Shown: positions 13,550 to 27,528, numbered from the stretch's first letter. The stretch is 64,000 nt of DNA from Eledone cirrhosa (GCA_964016885.1 OZ024743.1:126418001-126482000); one strand, 5' to 3'. The notes: generated by a model from the sequence alone, not told the origin. Translations and numbers: made by a program.

Positions 13550-16380
13550 TATCATCATCATCATCATTTTACGTCTGCTTTTCCCTACTTGGAAGGGGGG
13601 GACAGCTCCTATTCAGCACAGCATCTCTCCACTTGTAATGGTCCTTCGTCATCTCCTCGGTGAGCTTCAGTGACCCGAGGTCTGCTCTCACCACCTCCGC
13701 CCATGTTTTTCGTGGTCTTCCTCTACTGCATCTTCCTTCTACTGGGATTTCTTGGCACTTCTTTACCCAGCGTTCATCCTCCATGTGCATCACATGCCCA
13801 TACCATTGCAGTGTTCTCTCCCGCACACAACTTATCCTTCTTATACACAGTTTCTCTCTCAACTCATCTATGCATAGTCATTCACGCACATTGACATTAC
13901 ACATCCAACGGAGCATGTTTCCTTCATTTCTCTCTAGCCATCACATATCCTCCGCAATTGCTGCCCATGTCTCACTACCATGCAGCATCACGCATCTCAC
14001 ACGGGCATCATATAACCGGCCTTTCGTATGCAGGGAGAAACCCTTCTTTGTCAACAGAGGAAGCAGCTCCCTAAACTTCTTGCAACCTGTCCTTATTCTA
14101 GATACTATGGCCTCAAAGCACCCCCCTCTTCCCTTGCTAATCTGATCACCTAGGTACCGGAAGCTATCAACCACTTCTATAGAACCTACCTGCATTTGAA
14201 AAATGTATCTATCACTACGACTTCTACTGTTAAATTTCCCTGTACATCTACTGCATATGTAATTTTCCCTACTTGTTAATTTGCCTATATCCCACTACAT
14301 CTCTTGTGTACCCAAGATCTGAATTGTGTACATTTTATAGAATTTATGCCAGCTCCTTTTCTACATATTGAACATGGCCATTTCCCTGATGGAATCAGAG
14401 TTTTGTCCTTTCTACTTATCAACACTCTTGTCTTAGCTAGATTCACTTTCAGTCCTCTTGATTCCAACTGTTGTTTCCATAGCCAGAATTTATTCTCTAG
14501 CTCCTCTACTGATTCTGCTATAAGAACCAGATCATCAGCATAGAGAAGTTCCCAACGGCAGCCAGTCTTAAACTCCTCTGTTATGGCTTGGAGGACTATA
14601 ATGAACAAGAGTGGGCTGAGGACCAAACCCTGATGTACTCTTACTTGTATCTGGAATTCCTCACTAAACTTCATTCCTACTCTTACTTTACTGACAGCTC
14701 CTCTGTACATAGCTTGCACTGTCCTCACAAGCCATTCCTCTACATCTAGTTTCCTTAGGGACCACCAGATGACAGATCGGGGTACCCTATCAAAAGCCTT
14801 TTCTAGGTCAACAAAAGCTAAGTATAGTGGCTTATTCTTCTCTAAGAACCTCTCTTGTAGTTGTCTCACTAAGAAGAGGGCATCTGTTGTACTTTTCCCA
14901 GGCACAAAACCAAACTGCATCTTATCTAATTTGACCCTTTCTCTAATTAGTTGTGCTAATATTCTTTCATAACCTGATCCATCAGTTTTATGCCCCTATA
15001 ATTGCTCCTCTCCAGAGCATCCCCTTTATCTTTGGAGCAATTTATAAGAATACTGCTGCACCAGTCTTTGGGTATGGCTCTGCCATATATAGCTTAATTG
15101 ATGATGCATGCAACCATTTAGTTCCTACTTCTGATGCCTTCAGCATCTCAGCAACTATCCCTGACGATCCAGCAGCCTTACCATTTTTCATTTCCATAAT
15201 TGCCTCTTAGACCCTATATTCGTCAATCTCAATAGCTGGTCCCTCTGTTGGGTCTACTGGGGGTAGTTTCTCTCTCTCCCATTCGTTCTCCACATTCACC
15301 AGTCTCTCATAATGACATTTCCAGGCCTCCTTTTTCTGATCATCAGTGACACTAAGTACACCAGCATCATTTCAGACACACTTATCTCCAACAACATCCA
15401 GATTTACACTGACACACTGCCTTGCAATGCGAAATACCGCACGTCTCTGATCTTCCCATTGCAGAACATTGGCAAACCTCCTACTCTCAGCCTCCCTGCG
15501 TGCTAAGTACACCTGACGTCTACCATTTTTCCAAGCCTTCCATGCTAGTCTTTTGTCTCTAATGGCCCTATCTACCGTGCTGTTCCACCACAGGTCACTC
15601 TCTGTCTGGTCAGAGCTCTGCTCCAGCCACAAGTTTCTTCAGTAGCCTGCAGTAAGTTGTCATGTAAGAAATTCCAGTTATCATCTTTGTCATACAATTC
15701 TAAAACGCCTTCTTTTTTGTCATACACATCTTGAAGGGTTTTCCTAAATTTATATTTTAGTGAAAGGTCGTTTAGCTTCCAAACCTTCCTTTTCCACACC
15801 TTCCTGTATGTCTCATTTTGTCTCTTGCTTATTTAGATGTCACTAATGACTAACCTATGCTGGGGGGTACATTCTTCCCTGGGGTGTGCCTTAGTATTTG
15901 ACACCATCTGTCTGTTTCGTTGCCTAACTAGCAAGAAGTCAATCTGGCTTATGTGCTTACCTGATTGGTAGGTTATTAGGTGGTTGGTAGGTTTCTTGAA
16001 GTTAGTGTTGTAAATGGTTAGTGCACTTGCATCACAAAATTCAAGAAGCCTCACTCCTTCTTCGTTTCTTGAGCTACAACCGTGACCACCATGTACTCCA
16101 GTGTATCCATCCTGGAGCTGTCCAACATGACCATTGAAGTCCCCTGCTAGTATAATTATGTCTCTGTCATTGTGGCTGTTTCTAAAAGTTGCTCGTAAAA
16201 GCAGTCCTTCTCTTCTTTACCTAGGCCCACCTGGGGAGCATAGATAGAGATGATTGTCAGTAGTCTCTTGCCTACAACTAATCTAATCTTAATTATTCTA
16301 TTACTGACTCTAACTACCTCTATTGTCTTATTAATCCACCTCTCAGCCAGTAAAATGCCTACCCCACCTAACCCATCATC
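13550..16380 (-). mobile_element. Near full-length degenerate RTE LINE (APE endonuclease, RT, PHD-like finger)
   Basis: GDFNGHVG, SQIDFLLVR, QFGFVPGKSTTDA, AFVDLEKAFDRVPR, HQG..LSPLLF, LLYADDL, YLGD, LHGSETW; (ATG)n tail; stops and frameshifts. Confidence 0.95.
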
Positions 16381-16779
16381 CTTTTCGAAATTAAGAATTT
16401 TAGCAGAAAGTCACGACCTGGGTTAAAGATAGTAGTCACTACCTGGGTTCTAAAACACTATTTATTATTTCGTTTCTGGGATCCCGGCTAGAGTTGAGTC
16501 CCTTTAGGGTTTACCGGTAAAATAAGCTTTAAAAGCATGTTTGTCTATTTTGTCGGGACCGGCTACGTAGCCTATTACAAAAGAGATACAATTCTGCCAT
16601 CACCACTCCCATTACACATTTATGTCCACTCACTCACCACCACCACATTCACACTACAAGTCCTATAAACGTTTCACACAAGACAATCCCCAATATATTT
16701 ATAGACTAAAGTCACTATTAGCTACCATCATTCTGATAATAATAATAATAACAGTGGTGATGATGGAGGTAATAATAAT

Positions 16780-17822
16780 GATTTCTTTATTGGCCACAAG
16801 GGCTGACATCAAGAAAAACATTTCAGACGGCACAGTACGGTACGATGTGGGTTTTGTGTGTGTTATTTATATAAGATAGGAGAAAAGACATAGAAACATA
16901 TATATATATATATATATATATAAACAATAAAAATGAAAATTGAAACAAAGAAAAATTCCCCAATAGGGGGGAAACCTCCGAGGGTCACTCGTGGCGAAAA
17001 CCACACAAAAGACCACAGCCACCCTGACCACCAGGGCAAGCGCCCTCTCTCAATTTTTCCATTTCTCAAACTACAGACGTATATTCAGAGCGGTTCCGTT
17101 CACTCGGACCATTCTCACTACATTCACCCACCTTTCAACAAACTTGCTAGAAGGCAGCACTTGCCTCTCCACCCTGATTTTCCTCTTCAAGTAAAATTTG
17201 AAAAAGTTAATTAGGACTTCTCCGAAAAGGAAAGTGTCTGTCTTTAACCCTTTCAACCTTGTCCACCACACAATCTCTTTCGCCATGGCCACCAGTCAGA
17301 TGAAAACCACCTGCCCTTACTCCTCGAAGGAAGACGGCGAGACCATCTGCACAATGGACTCAGTCGATAACCGGATCAGTCTACACGCGACAGCAACTGT
17401 TTGACATAGCTCCACAAGTCAGCAATGCTTGGGCACTGAACGAGTGCGTGCATGACAGTTTCGTCACTCTGCGCGCATCTCGGACAGGCTCGGCTGACGG
17501 CACTTCTGTGCCTGTAGAGCTTATCTCAAACCGGCAATGCTCCCCGGTAGCACTGCCAGGCCAGGGATTTTTGGAAGTTATCCATAGACCCTGGGCTGAA
17601 AGTTCTCTGGTAGAGAGCAAACAGCTGATCTTCTTCGATGCCCAGGATCTCTCCGAGAATGTTGTCGCTCTTCCCCTCCACTAGTCCTCTATAGAACGCC
17701 GAGGTGGATGTTCTACTGATACTGGTACCCAGCTGGCAGAGGGTGGTGAGCGCCTGGAGACATTCCAGCTTCCAAGCGCTATCCCTCGGTCTTTTCCTGA
17801 CACAGGACTGCAGCTCCATCAC
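16780..17822 (-). mobile_element. L1/Tx1-like LINE, 5'-truncated
   Basis: AWQCYRGALPV...CPRCAQSDETVMHALVQCP (CCHC finger of L1/Tx1 ORF2), ...AKEIVWWTR...ERWV; AATAAA before an (ATT)n tail. Confidence 0.8.
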
Positions 17823-17848
17823 CAATGATAATTAAATACTATTATTGT

Positions 17849-18040
17849 TGTGGATTGGCAGTATTGGTAGAGGGTCGGATGCCATGCTTAACAGGAAAGA
17901 GTTACAGCCCTTTATGGTCTGAGTTCAAATCCTGCCGAGGTTAACTTTGCCTTTCATTCTTACGGGGTCGATAAAATAAAGTACCAGTAATGCACTGGGA
18001 TAATTGCTGGCCTTGTGCCTAAAGTAGAAACAATTATTGT
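17849..18040 (+). mobile_element. SINE family A
   Basis: Full-length match. Confidence 0.88.
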
Positions 18041-18370
18041 TGTTAAAAAAAATCAATACCAAGCGCCAGTAGTAGGAAATGGGGGAGCCTTAATGGGGGT
18101 CCCATGCCCAATACTTCATTGGACCATGAACCCCATTGGACCCTATTAGGGTCAGCAGCTATGGGAGAGTACCCAGACAGAAAATTAACCCCTTAACATG
18201 ATGGTACAAACAAGAAGTAAATCATACCATATCAGTCGTCACGTGGATTACCAAGGCGAGGAACCACACCGAGGTTGAAAAACCAGCAAATGGACAACCC
18301 CCACACCTACACCCTCAGTGACCCTCATACCAACCCTAACTCTAGAGAATACATGGACATAAAATTTAAA

Positions 18371-19525
18371 AAAAACTACAGACCAATTACATGTTTCCCA
18401 ACAATGTACAAAGCCCTCACACCAGCGATTACCAATAGGGTCTACAATTACCTCGTCTGTGGAGATCTATTGCCACCTCAACAAAAAGTCTGTAAACAAG
18501 AGAATTATGGGTGCAAAGATCAGCTACTGATAAATAGACTCATAACGGAAAACTGCAAACAGAAAAAGAAAAACCTGTCAATGGTCTGGATAGACTACAA
18601 GAAGGCATTCGACAGCGTACCTCATAAAGACACTAGAAATGTATCACATAGCACCTGAAATCACAACTTTCCTGAAGGCAATGATGACAGACTGCAAAAC
18701 TACGATGGTCCTTCAACACCACAACAGACCACTGGAATCTAGACAGGTCAAAATTAATTGTGGAATATTCCAAGGCAATTCATTGTCTCGTTTGCTGTTC
18801 TGTGGGTCACCTGCTCCACTAAGTTAGTTACTGCAGAGGACAGGATGTGAATATAAAATAGACAACAGACACTACAGTCACCTTCTTTATATGGAGGATA
18901 TCAAGCTATTTGGAAACAATGATGGGCAGCTGGAAGGTTTACTGCACACAGTGAATCAATCCCGTGATGACATCCATATGGAATTTGGACTGGACAAGTG
19001 TGCAAAAGCCACATTCAAGAGAGGGCTGCTCTCTAACCATAAAGATATTGTCATAGACCAACAAACTACCATAAAGGAACTTAACAATGAAGAGTTCTAT
19101 AAATATCTTGGAGTTAATGAAGGAGATGGAATCCAGCATGCGAGTATGAAGGAAAAAATACAGAAGGAGTACATAAGGAGAGTGAGACTGGTAACAAAAA
19201 ATGAGCTAAACTCCTGCAACAAGTTCAAAACCATTAACAGTCTAGCAGTACCAGTCATAACATACAGCTTTAACATCATAAACTAGAACATGCAAGAACT
19301 ACAAAGGTTGGACACTAAGACAAAGAAACTATTGACAATGGAAAAAATGCACCACCCTAAAGCCAATGTACGTGGATGGAGGCTCCTACAACTGGAAGCT
19401 GCATATAAACAGCAACTATTGGATTGGATAGCTACCTGCACCACACCCGAGATGAACTTCTTATGCCTGTACTCAAGCATAATAAATTAAGAAACTACAC
19501 TCAATAACAAAAGAGGCAATAAAAT
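18371..19525 (+). mobile_element. R4/Dong-like non-LTR RT relic
   Basis: NYRPITCFPTMYK, GCKDQLLIN, WIDYKKAFDSVPH, GIFQGNSLS, MEFGLDKCA, YKYLGV, HHPKA. Confidence 0.85.
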
Positions 19526-19609
19526 TTAGGCAAAAATTAAACATGGAACAAGACATACCCATAGAAAATCAACAAGAGTGCTGCACAGATAGCTATGACT
19601 CTGAAGATC

Positions 19610-20130
19610 ACCCCCTGCTCCATATCTAAAGAGTGATACTGCCCGTGTATTGATAGCTTCCATCTTATTCCATCCATTTAGTTTTGACTTGAGAATAAGT
19701 TTGAGTCTGCACATGTATTCCACGCTAAAGTTTTCTTTCCTTTCCTCCTGTATTATCTTATCAACTTCCAATATCCCTAAGTACTTATAACCTTCCTCTT
19801 CTATTTGCTTCATAACCTTTCCTGGTGGCAGCAGCAACCTCTTAATAATTTTAATTTTGCCTCTGTTCAAGATTAATACACCACACTTTTTTAATCCGAA
19901 CTCCATTCTGATGTCAGCACTAAATAATGTATATACCGTATCAACAAGAGAACCAAGCTGGGATTCATTCTTACTGTTTTGTTAGCAATCTTTGAATTCA
20001 TACCCTACCTCAGCTTTTCTTAAAATCATTGTCAGTGGTATCATGCTCAGTACAAACATCAGTGGTGATAGGTTGTCCCCTTGGAGTATACCTCTCTTGA
20101 TTTCTATTGTTCCTAACATATACCTCTCTT
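19610..20130 (-). mobile_element. Second R4/Dong-like RT fragment, tail-to-tail with the previous one
   Basis: IKRGILQGDNLSPLMFV, MEFGLKKC, YKYLGILE, LKSKLNG.NK..AINT.AVS. Confidence 0.85.
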
Positions 20131-20264
20131 GATTTTTATTATTAGTATTAATATGATCATTATTACCATGATTTTTAATACATGGTAGCAATTAGTAATT
20201 TATACAAGTATTTGGTTTACTTAAGTTATATACATCATTAGCATATTATTACCTTACCCAATTA

Positions 20265-20650
20265 CACCTCTCAAAGGCGATGACACTCGACCGTGACCTC
20301 TGGCGTCATGCAATAATACAGACAACCCCCCCCCCCCCCACGGGTACAAGCCAAAGCTGAAGCATATAGACAATATGCCCCCACACCCTCCCACTGCAAA
20401 ATGGTCGTGGAGGTGCCACGGCAAAAAAGCACCCAGCCCCTACTGTAAAGTGGATGTGTAGGTGCCACGGAAAAAAAAGCACCCAGCACTCACTGTAAAT
20501 GAGGTTGGTGTTAGGAAGGGCATCCAGCTGTAGAAATCAAGCCAGAATCAGTTCCTGTATGAGCAAGACAAGGTCAGCCAACCGGGCACTGCCCACAACA
20601 GGACAACCCGTTTAACGTGGAAGAACGGACGTAAAACGGTAATGATGATA
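20265..20650 (+). mobile_element. RTE LINE extreme 3' end with long 3' UTR
   Basis: Encodes [17 protein letters not shown], then a UTR partly shared with SINE B, then GGACGTAAAACGGTAATGATGAT tail. Confidence 0.8.
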
Positions 20651-20940
20651 CTAGCACTCTTCACTTCATCAAATGATCTAAGACTCATTCTATTTGTTCT
20701 ATCTATAAGCTCCTTACTGAATCTCGATTGAACAAGACCACATGAAACTGTTATGCCTTTCTGTATTTGTAATATATTTGTCTGTAACATTTTGAAATAT
20801 TTATATCAGTGTCCACACATTTTAGAATTTTTCAGTTTCTGAAAATCTCAGAATAGGGTAAAGGCAGAGATTCTGAGCTTAAAATTTTAATATACTCAAA
20901 TAATAAATATTTATTCTATAGTTACATATATTATTGCATA

Positions 20941-21295
20941 TGGAGGCACATGGCTTAGTGGTTAGAGCATTGGCCTTGCAATCGAAAGGTTGTGAGTTCA
21001 ATTCTCAGACCGGGTGATGTGTTGTTTCCTTGAGCAAGGCACTTTATTTCACATTGCTCCAGTTTACTCAGCTGTAGAAATGAGATGATAGGGACTGGAG
21101 TCACTATCATTCCACTGCAAAGTGGTCGTGGAGGTGCCACGGCAAAAAAAAGCACCCAGCACTCACTGTAAATGAGGTTGGTGTTAGGAAGGGCATCCAG
21201 CTGTAGAAATCAAGCCAGAATTCAGTTCCCGTCCCACCCTTGCAAGCAGGGAAAAGTGGACGTAAAATGAAATGATGATGATGATGATGATGATG
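20941..21295 (+). mobile_element. tRNA-derived SINE, family B, full length
   Basis: A box TGGCTTAGTGG, B box GAGTTCAATTCTC, body CCTTGAGCAAGGCACTT, RTE-like 3' half, (ATG)n tail. Confidence 0.9.
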
Positions 21296-21899
21296 TATAA
21301 CTTTTATCAAGTTCTCTCAGATCTTGATCTTTTGAACATTGTATCTATTATTGTTAAGTATGTGTGTATGTATATATTATTATTTTATTACATATCTTTA
21401 TTTTATAACTCCAATCTCTGATTTTTTAGGGTCCCCTTAATAGTGCTGTACTATCAGTAATCTCTGACTCTATAGCTTGGTTAAGACAACTAGTTTAGAA
21501 GATGTTAACGCTAAAATAAAAATTTGAGGCTCCTGAAATTCTTGGTCTTGTTATTCCATATATCGCACCAATGAAATATTATGTGGTCAAGACGTGGGAG
21601 TAATTTTGTGCAAGCTATGTCCACTCAAAATATTTTCAACTACACAAGTACTTCTTGTACACTCTAATCTCAGCTAACATCAATTGTATGGTTGGCAGTA
21701 ACCTTAAAATATGCTTTAAACTCATTTCAAATGTCTCAAACAGATTTAATAAATGGCAATAAGCAGCTAGGCAGGTGCTCCAGTGTACTGCAGGCTAGAC
21801 CTGGTTGTTATCCTATTATTGTGGTCAATTAACAACTCAAGAAGGTTAAACAAATGAAACTTGCTTTTGGAATGTATGTATTCTAATTGATAACAATTT

Positions 21900-24700
21900 T
21901 ATTCAAAGATCAGAGACAAACCACATTGATCACTTATGAGTTGAAAAAATATAGTAGCTCTCTCTGAAACATACTTATATAGGGATGGTCAACTCAATGA
22001 AAGGGGATTTGGTTACACTTTTTGGGGGAAATGTGTAGCAGAAGGTCAAAGGAGAGAATCAGGTGTTGGCTTGGCTGTTAGAAACTCACTCATCTCATCT
22101 TTTGAAAATTATCCAGTGGTTCCTCAGAGCGCATTATATGATATCATGTTGTCTGTATTTTGCAAAAATGTTCTCACAATATCACACCTAGAAGAATTTA
22201 TTGAACAATTCTACAATGAACTTGGACAATTAGTGAGAAATGTGCCAGAAAAAATAAATATAAAACAACTTAGATGCACCTGATGTCTAAGGATTGGCAT
22301 CTTGTTGATTATATTTTAGTTAAAAAATGTGATGTAAAAGATGTGTAGTGCACACAATGAGAAGAGTAGAGAGCTGAACTGATCCTCAACTAGTCAGGGC
22401 CAAACTCAATCTAACTATGACACCAAAAGCACTCATGGACTAAAGTACCAAAGAAACTGAAGTCTTTCAATGCTATCCACAATTTTCATGGTGCATTAGA
22501 TAATACCACACTTGACCTGAACAATCTTTGGGAAGATTTTAAGATAAAAGTTTTCCAGGCAGCATCTGCATCAGTAGATCAAAGAGATCTAATGACTGGA
22601 TTACAGATAACAACCCAGAAATATTTGACTTACTTAAGGAGAAACAAAATCCATGTCAAAACTTATTTCTTGGTCAATCAATCCTAATTGTAAGCAACTA
22701 AAAAGAAAAGTGCAAAATGCTTTGAGAAATATTAGCAGGACAAAGCTAAGTAGATTGCATGGATACTAAGGCATTTTTCTCACCTGACCCTCTAACGTCA
22801 ACATAAATATTAAATCCATCGAAAGTTACCCAATTGTAGATGAAATGACGTCAGAACCAACTAGAAATGATTGCTTCTGCTATACAGAAATTAAATGATT
22901 ATAAATCTCCTGGCCTGGATGGTACTAATCCTGTGGTTCTTAAGTATGGAGGAGAGGAAATGGTAGGACATTTACAAGCTGTAATACTCCATTGTTGGAG
23001 GAAAGAGGAATTACCACAATACAGAGTTGATGATATCTTGGTCTTCCTTTTCAAATCTGGTGCCAAAGTCCAATGTGGTAATTTTAGGGGCATTTACCTA
23101 CTGTCTGTTGTTGGTAATGTTCTAGTATGTGTCCTTTTGGAATGGGTTAATAAGTTCATAGTGCCACGTATTGTATCAGTCACAATGTGGTTTCCATGTG
23201 AAAAGAGGCACTAGTGTTATGATCTTCACAATCAGATAATTGCAGGGAAAATGTATTGAATAGAACCTCACTCTCTACCATTTATTTTGTTGATCTCAGT
23301 AAGGCATTCGATATTGATAATAGGAATGTTTTGTGGTTGGTTTTGTCTAAATCTGGATGCCCTCAAAAATTTGTAAATATATTAAAAATTATTCATAAAG
23401 TCATAAAAGCCAGAGTTAACTTTGATGACACACTCTCTGAGCAGTGGAAACTGGTGTGAAACAGGGAGACCTTGATGCACTTACTCTCTTTGCAATATAT
23501 TTTGCTGTCATGCTCTATCATACTTTCCAAAACAACAATGAAAGAGTATATGTATGATATCATACCACAGGAAATATCTTTAATTTAGCAAGCATGAAAT
23601 ATAAGAGCAAAGTATTCATCTCACTAATAAGAGACCTTCTGTATGCTGATGACTGTAATCTTGTCAGTCATACTGAGCACGGTTTGCAACTGTTGATTTC
23701 TGTATTTGATGCCTTTGGCTTGACTAAAAGTTTTTAAAAATGGTAATTTTGAGTCAACATGCACCTGGTCAACTTATATAACAACCATGAAAGGTAATCT
23801 TCTTAAAATTGCTAAATCCTTCATATACATTTGGAGTGCAATGGATAAAGATGGAACATTGGATTAAGAAATATCTCTAAGGATTCAAAAGACAGCAAAA
23901 TCTTTTGGAAGTTTAATCTCACAAAGACATCAAGAATGAAACAAAAATATCTGTTTATAAATCTTTTGTTTTATCCTCTTGTGTATCTTCTAATGTGTTA
24001 CAAATATCACTTTAGAATTCCTGGAATGATTGGATCAAAAATGCTTACGACATATTCTGAAGATAAAATGGAATTCATTCACACCCAACCCTGATGCTCT
24101 AGCTGCATCTGTAATTTGTTCCATCAAGGCAATAATTTTGAAAAACCAACTGTAGCAGTTTGGACATATTGTAAGTGTATCCTTAAGCAACTGTTTTCTG
24201 GGAAACTTGCTCAGGGAAAAAGGAAACAGTAAGCAAAAAAAAAAGGTTCAAGGATTCATTGAAGGAGAACTTGAAGAATGTAGAAATTGATAAAAAAACT
24301 TGGAAAGTCTTGCAGTGAATCACTACCAGGTATTCAAAAATAAATGATGGTGTGGAAACCTTTAAAGTAAATATTAAGAGAAAAATAATAAGAAAAAAAA
24401 ACAGCCAGTAAGGGAATATGAAATTAATGTAATATTTTCTGCATGCACAGTGAGTGGCAAAATCTGCCGATCTGGAGCTAGACAGATAAGATCTCATAAA
24501 GAGCATACAGTAGGGTACTTCTTACTGACTATAGAACATACATACCAGTTCACCTTTATCAATGCCACATATGCTACAAGATCGGCAAATCTCAAAGAGG
24601 TCTAAGACATTTCAAAGCTACACCAAAATTATGTGCAATTTATGTGGACATCTTTTTAAAGTATGTCTGAGCCACATAAGATCTCATGCCAGAATTGTGC
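21900..24700 (+). mobile_element. Old degenerate RTE (BovB-like) LINE
   Basis: KSPGLDG, CGNFRGIYLLSVVG, FVDLSKAFD, GVKQG, LLYADDC remnants; many stops. Confidence 0.8.
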
Positions 24701-24746
24701 ATCATGTACATTGAAGTGGTCAAGCTTTGTATTGAGCAGGCAACCA

Positions 24747-24787
<41 letters not shown>

Positions 24788-25318
24788 AACAGTATATCAA
24801 ATTAAAAAACAGAGTTATAGACTCACATTAATCCCCTATGATTTAATGAGCTCAAGGAAAAGATTCTGGGCTCTTTATAAAACAGTATATTGAGAAAAAT
24901 ACACAAAGAGGTATGAGTTCATTATAGGGGATAGAATACCACCAAAGTGAAAATCATATTATCTACAAACAGAATGGAGAATATATATCAATTAAAAGAA
25001 TAGATTTAAATGTACAGACCATTCGTTTATAGCTATATCTCCTGGGCATGCAGTAAGCATGTTTCACCACAAATAAAGTGTAGAATCATACCATTGACGT
25101 CTTATCAACAGGAGGACCAAACAATACGATCTACACTTCTAAAAATACATCAGACAACTAGCAAACGCACATGGTGTAAAGAAAAAACAGGCGCATTATA
25201 CAGCACATGCTGGTGTGAATGGACCAAAAGACCGTTAAAAACAGTGCCAAGAACCATTCAGCTTAAGAAACTCTACTTACATATAGAAATGAATCAGGAG
25301 CCAATATAACAAATTATA

Positions 25319-25638
25319 CTAGATGAGGGTGACATTGTCTTCTCCCTCTTTCCGCCACACACACACTCTCTCTCTCTCTCTCTAATCAAATGGCATCCCT
25401 TTTCTATCTCTATCTATGTACATCTCCTTTGCTTGGCGCTCTCCCTCTCTATATGGGGGGGGGGGGTGACGTCATAACTTTCTGTCTGTCTACCTCTTTC
25501 TATCACCTCGAAAAAACACAGTGTCCTCTTTTCTCTCTCTTTCTATGTACATATCTCTTGCTTGGCACACCCCTCTCTATCTAAAGTGAGCATGTTGGAC
25601 AGAGGGATGGACAGACAGTGCTCTTATTATAATATAGA
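25319..25638 (-). mobile_element. Non-autonomous Helitron-like element
   Basis: Minus strand starts A|TCTATATTATAATAA followed by CTGT/CCAT repeats and ends CTAG|T; weak subterminal hairpin; internal ~45-bp direct repeat. Confidence 0.55.
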
Positions 25639-25669
25639 TTAACAAGAATTATTATTATAATATTTAATA

Positions 25670-25735
25670 GATTTACAAGTGTTTCGTTAGACTAACAAGT
25701 ATATTCCATTCCTGCAGGAATAACTCCTCAGAATC
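25670..25735 (-). ncRNA. Minimal type-I hammerhead ribozyme motif
   Basis: GATT-CTGAGGA-GTTA...TAAC-GAAA-CACTTG-TA-AATC: both catalytic boxes; stems I and II pair. Confidence 0.7.
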
Positions 25736-26571
25736 AATCAAATACAAATAAATAAATACCTTACATGTTTTAAAGTACCAGTGAGAGACATAAACAATAG
25801 CATTCAAATATAGTAGGCAAAACGTTAAAATTTATGGAAGCCTATAGACATAATTAAAATTTATCAGTGATAAAAAAGAAAAAAAATAACGTTCAGTTAC
25901 AAGACATTTTACAAACTAAAATATATTGATACAAAATGTACTGTACAATAAAATACAGCTACAGGTATACTAATACAAATAAGTAAAGTTATAAAATATC
26001 AATAGAATATAAGACATTAAAAATTTATGGAAGCATAGAACAGTAATAAATATATCTATAATAAAGTGATGGCTTAGTAGCTAAGAAACTTCTAACAACT
26101 TAAGATATAGTTACAGAGATAATTTTCAGAATAAAACTGATTAAAACATAGTATGCGGTTAAGAATTATAAGATAAATAAAAAAGTAAAAGGAAAATTCA
26201 AAGAGCTTTTATATATATATGTGTGTGCTTAAATCTATATGCATGCATACACCTCTGAAGGGTGGAGGAACTCAGCAGAGTCAACAGCCATCCAAATAGT
26301 ACTTTTTTTTTTCACCTGGGAGTGAAAGGCTCCCAGTTGTTGTCACAACACCTTTCTAGGAGAGGGAAACTCTGTAAAAAAACCTGCAGCTTCGGAAGCA
26401 TCCGATGATGTTGACCAGTTCTCCTTTTCGAGTAGTGTTTTCAATGCTCAGAGAGTGGGATTGGTCAAGTGCAAGGCCTTTCCCCACTTAAAATAACCTT
26501 CAAAGCACATTTTCTGTAATCTGACAGGCGATTGCAATACTCTTAGCAAAGTTTGCAGCCATCATATATAT

Positions 26572-26800
26572 TATCATCATCATTTTACGTCCACTTTTCC
26601 CTGCTTGCAAGGGTGGGACAGGAACTGATTCTGGCTTGATTTCTACAGCTGGATGCCCTTCCTAACACCAACCTCATTTACAGTGAGTGCTGGGTGCTTT
26701 TTTGCCATGGCACCTACACGTCCACTTTACAGTGGAATGATATGGACCCCAGTCCCTATCATCTCATTGCAAGGCCAATGCTCTAACCTCTAAGCCATGT
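26572..26800 (-). mobile_element. SINE family B with internal deletion
   Basis: Matches head and 3' half of 20941-21295. Confidence 0.85.
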
Positions 26801-26841
26801 ATATATATGTGTGTGTATGTGTGTGTGTGTGCGTGTGTGTG

Positions 26842-26895
<54 letters not shown>

Positions 26896-26899
26896 GTCG

Positions 26900-27106
26900 T
26901 GTCGTGTAGGCGCCACGGAAAAAAAGCACCCAGCACTCACTGTAAATGAGGTTAGTGTTAGGAAGGGCATGCAGCTGTAGAAATCAGGCCAAAATCAGTT
27001 CCCGTATGAGCAAGACAAGGTCACTTGACTGGGCACTGCCCACAACAGGACAGCCCATCTAACCCATGCTAGCGTGGAAGAATGGACATAAAACAGTGAT
27101 GATGAT
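26900..27106 (+). mobile_element. RTE 3' UTR fragment
   Basis: Matches 20455-20650. Confidence 0.8.
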
Positions 27107-27129
<23 letters not shown>

Positions 27130-27141
<12 letters not shown>

Positions 27142-27410
27142 ACCATATATTGTAGAGGAAACACAGTATATTGTATTTAATTATAATCGATAGTTTGTCT
27201 TCAATTATTGATTACATAGATTGATTTCTTTAATGATCGATTACATAGATTGATTTTGAACTACACTCTACAGAATATGAATTAGCTCTATAAGGTCTCT
27301 CTAATGATTCCACCTTGAGTACATATTCTTCTATGGAATATGTATCAAGTATATATATGCAATATACTGTGTTTCCTCTACGATATATGGCTCTTTCTCT
27401 CTCTATATAT
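27130..27410. repeat. Inverted repeat (~35-bp arms) upstream of the PLE relic
   Basis: CCATATATTGTAGAGGAAACACAGTATATTG ... CAATATACTGTGTTTCCTCTACGATATATGG. Confidence 0.8.
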
Positions 27411-27528
27411 ATACATATATCTTTTTCATTTGATTTATTATGGCTCTAGATAAAGTCTATTGAGCTTGTTTATTGAGAAACACAAAATTATAACATATTT
27501 GATATGTTTTAATTCATTACTTTTGCAG

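Noticed and set aside
20941-21015. tRNA gene
   Set aside because: It is the tRNA-derived head of a multi-copy SINE, not a full cloverleaf gene
25046-25112. TTGATAA...GAAACATGC hammerhead-like variant on the minus strand
   Set aside because: Non-canonical core and no convincing stems
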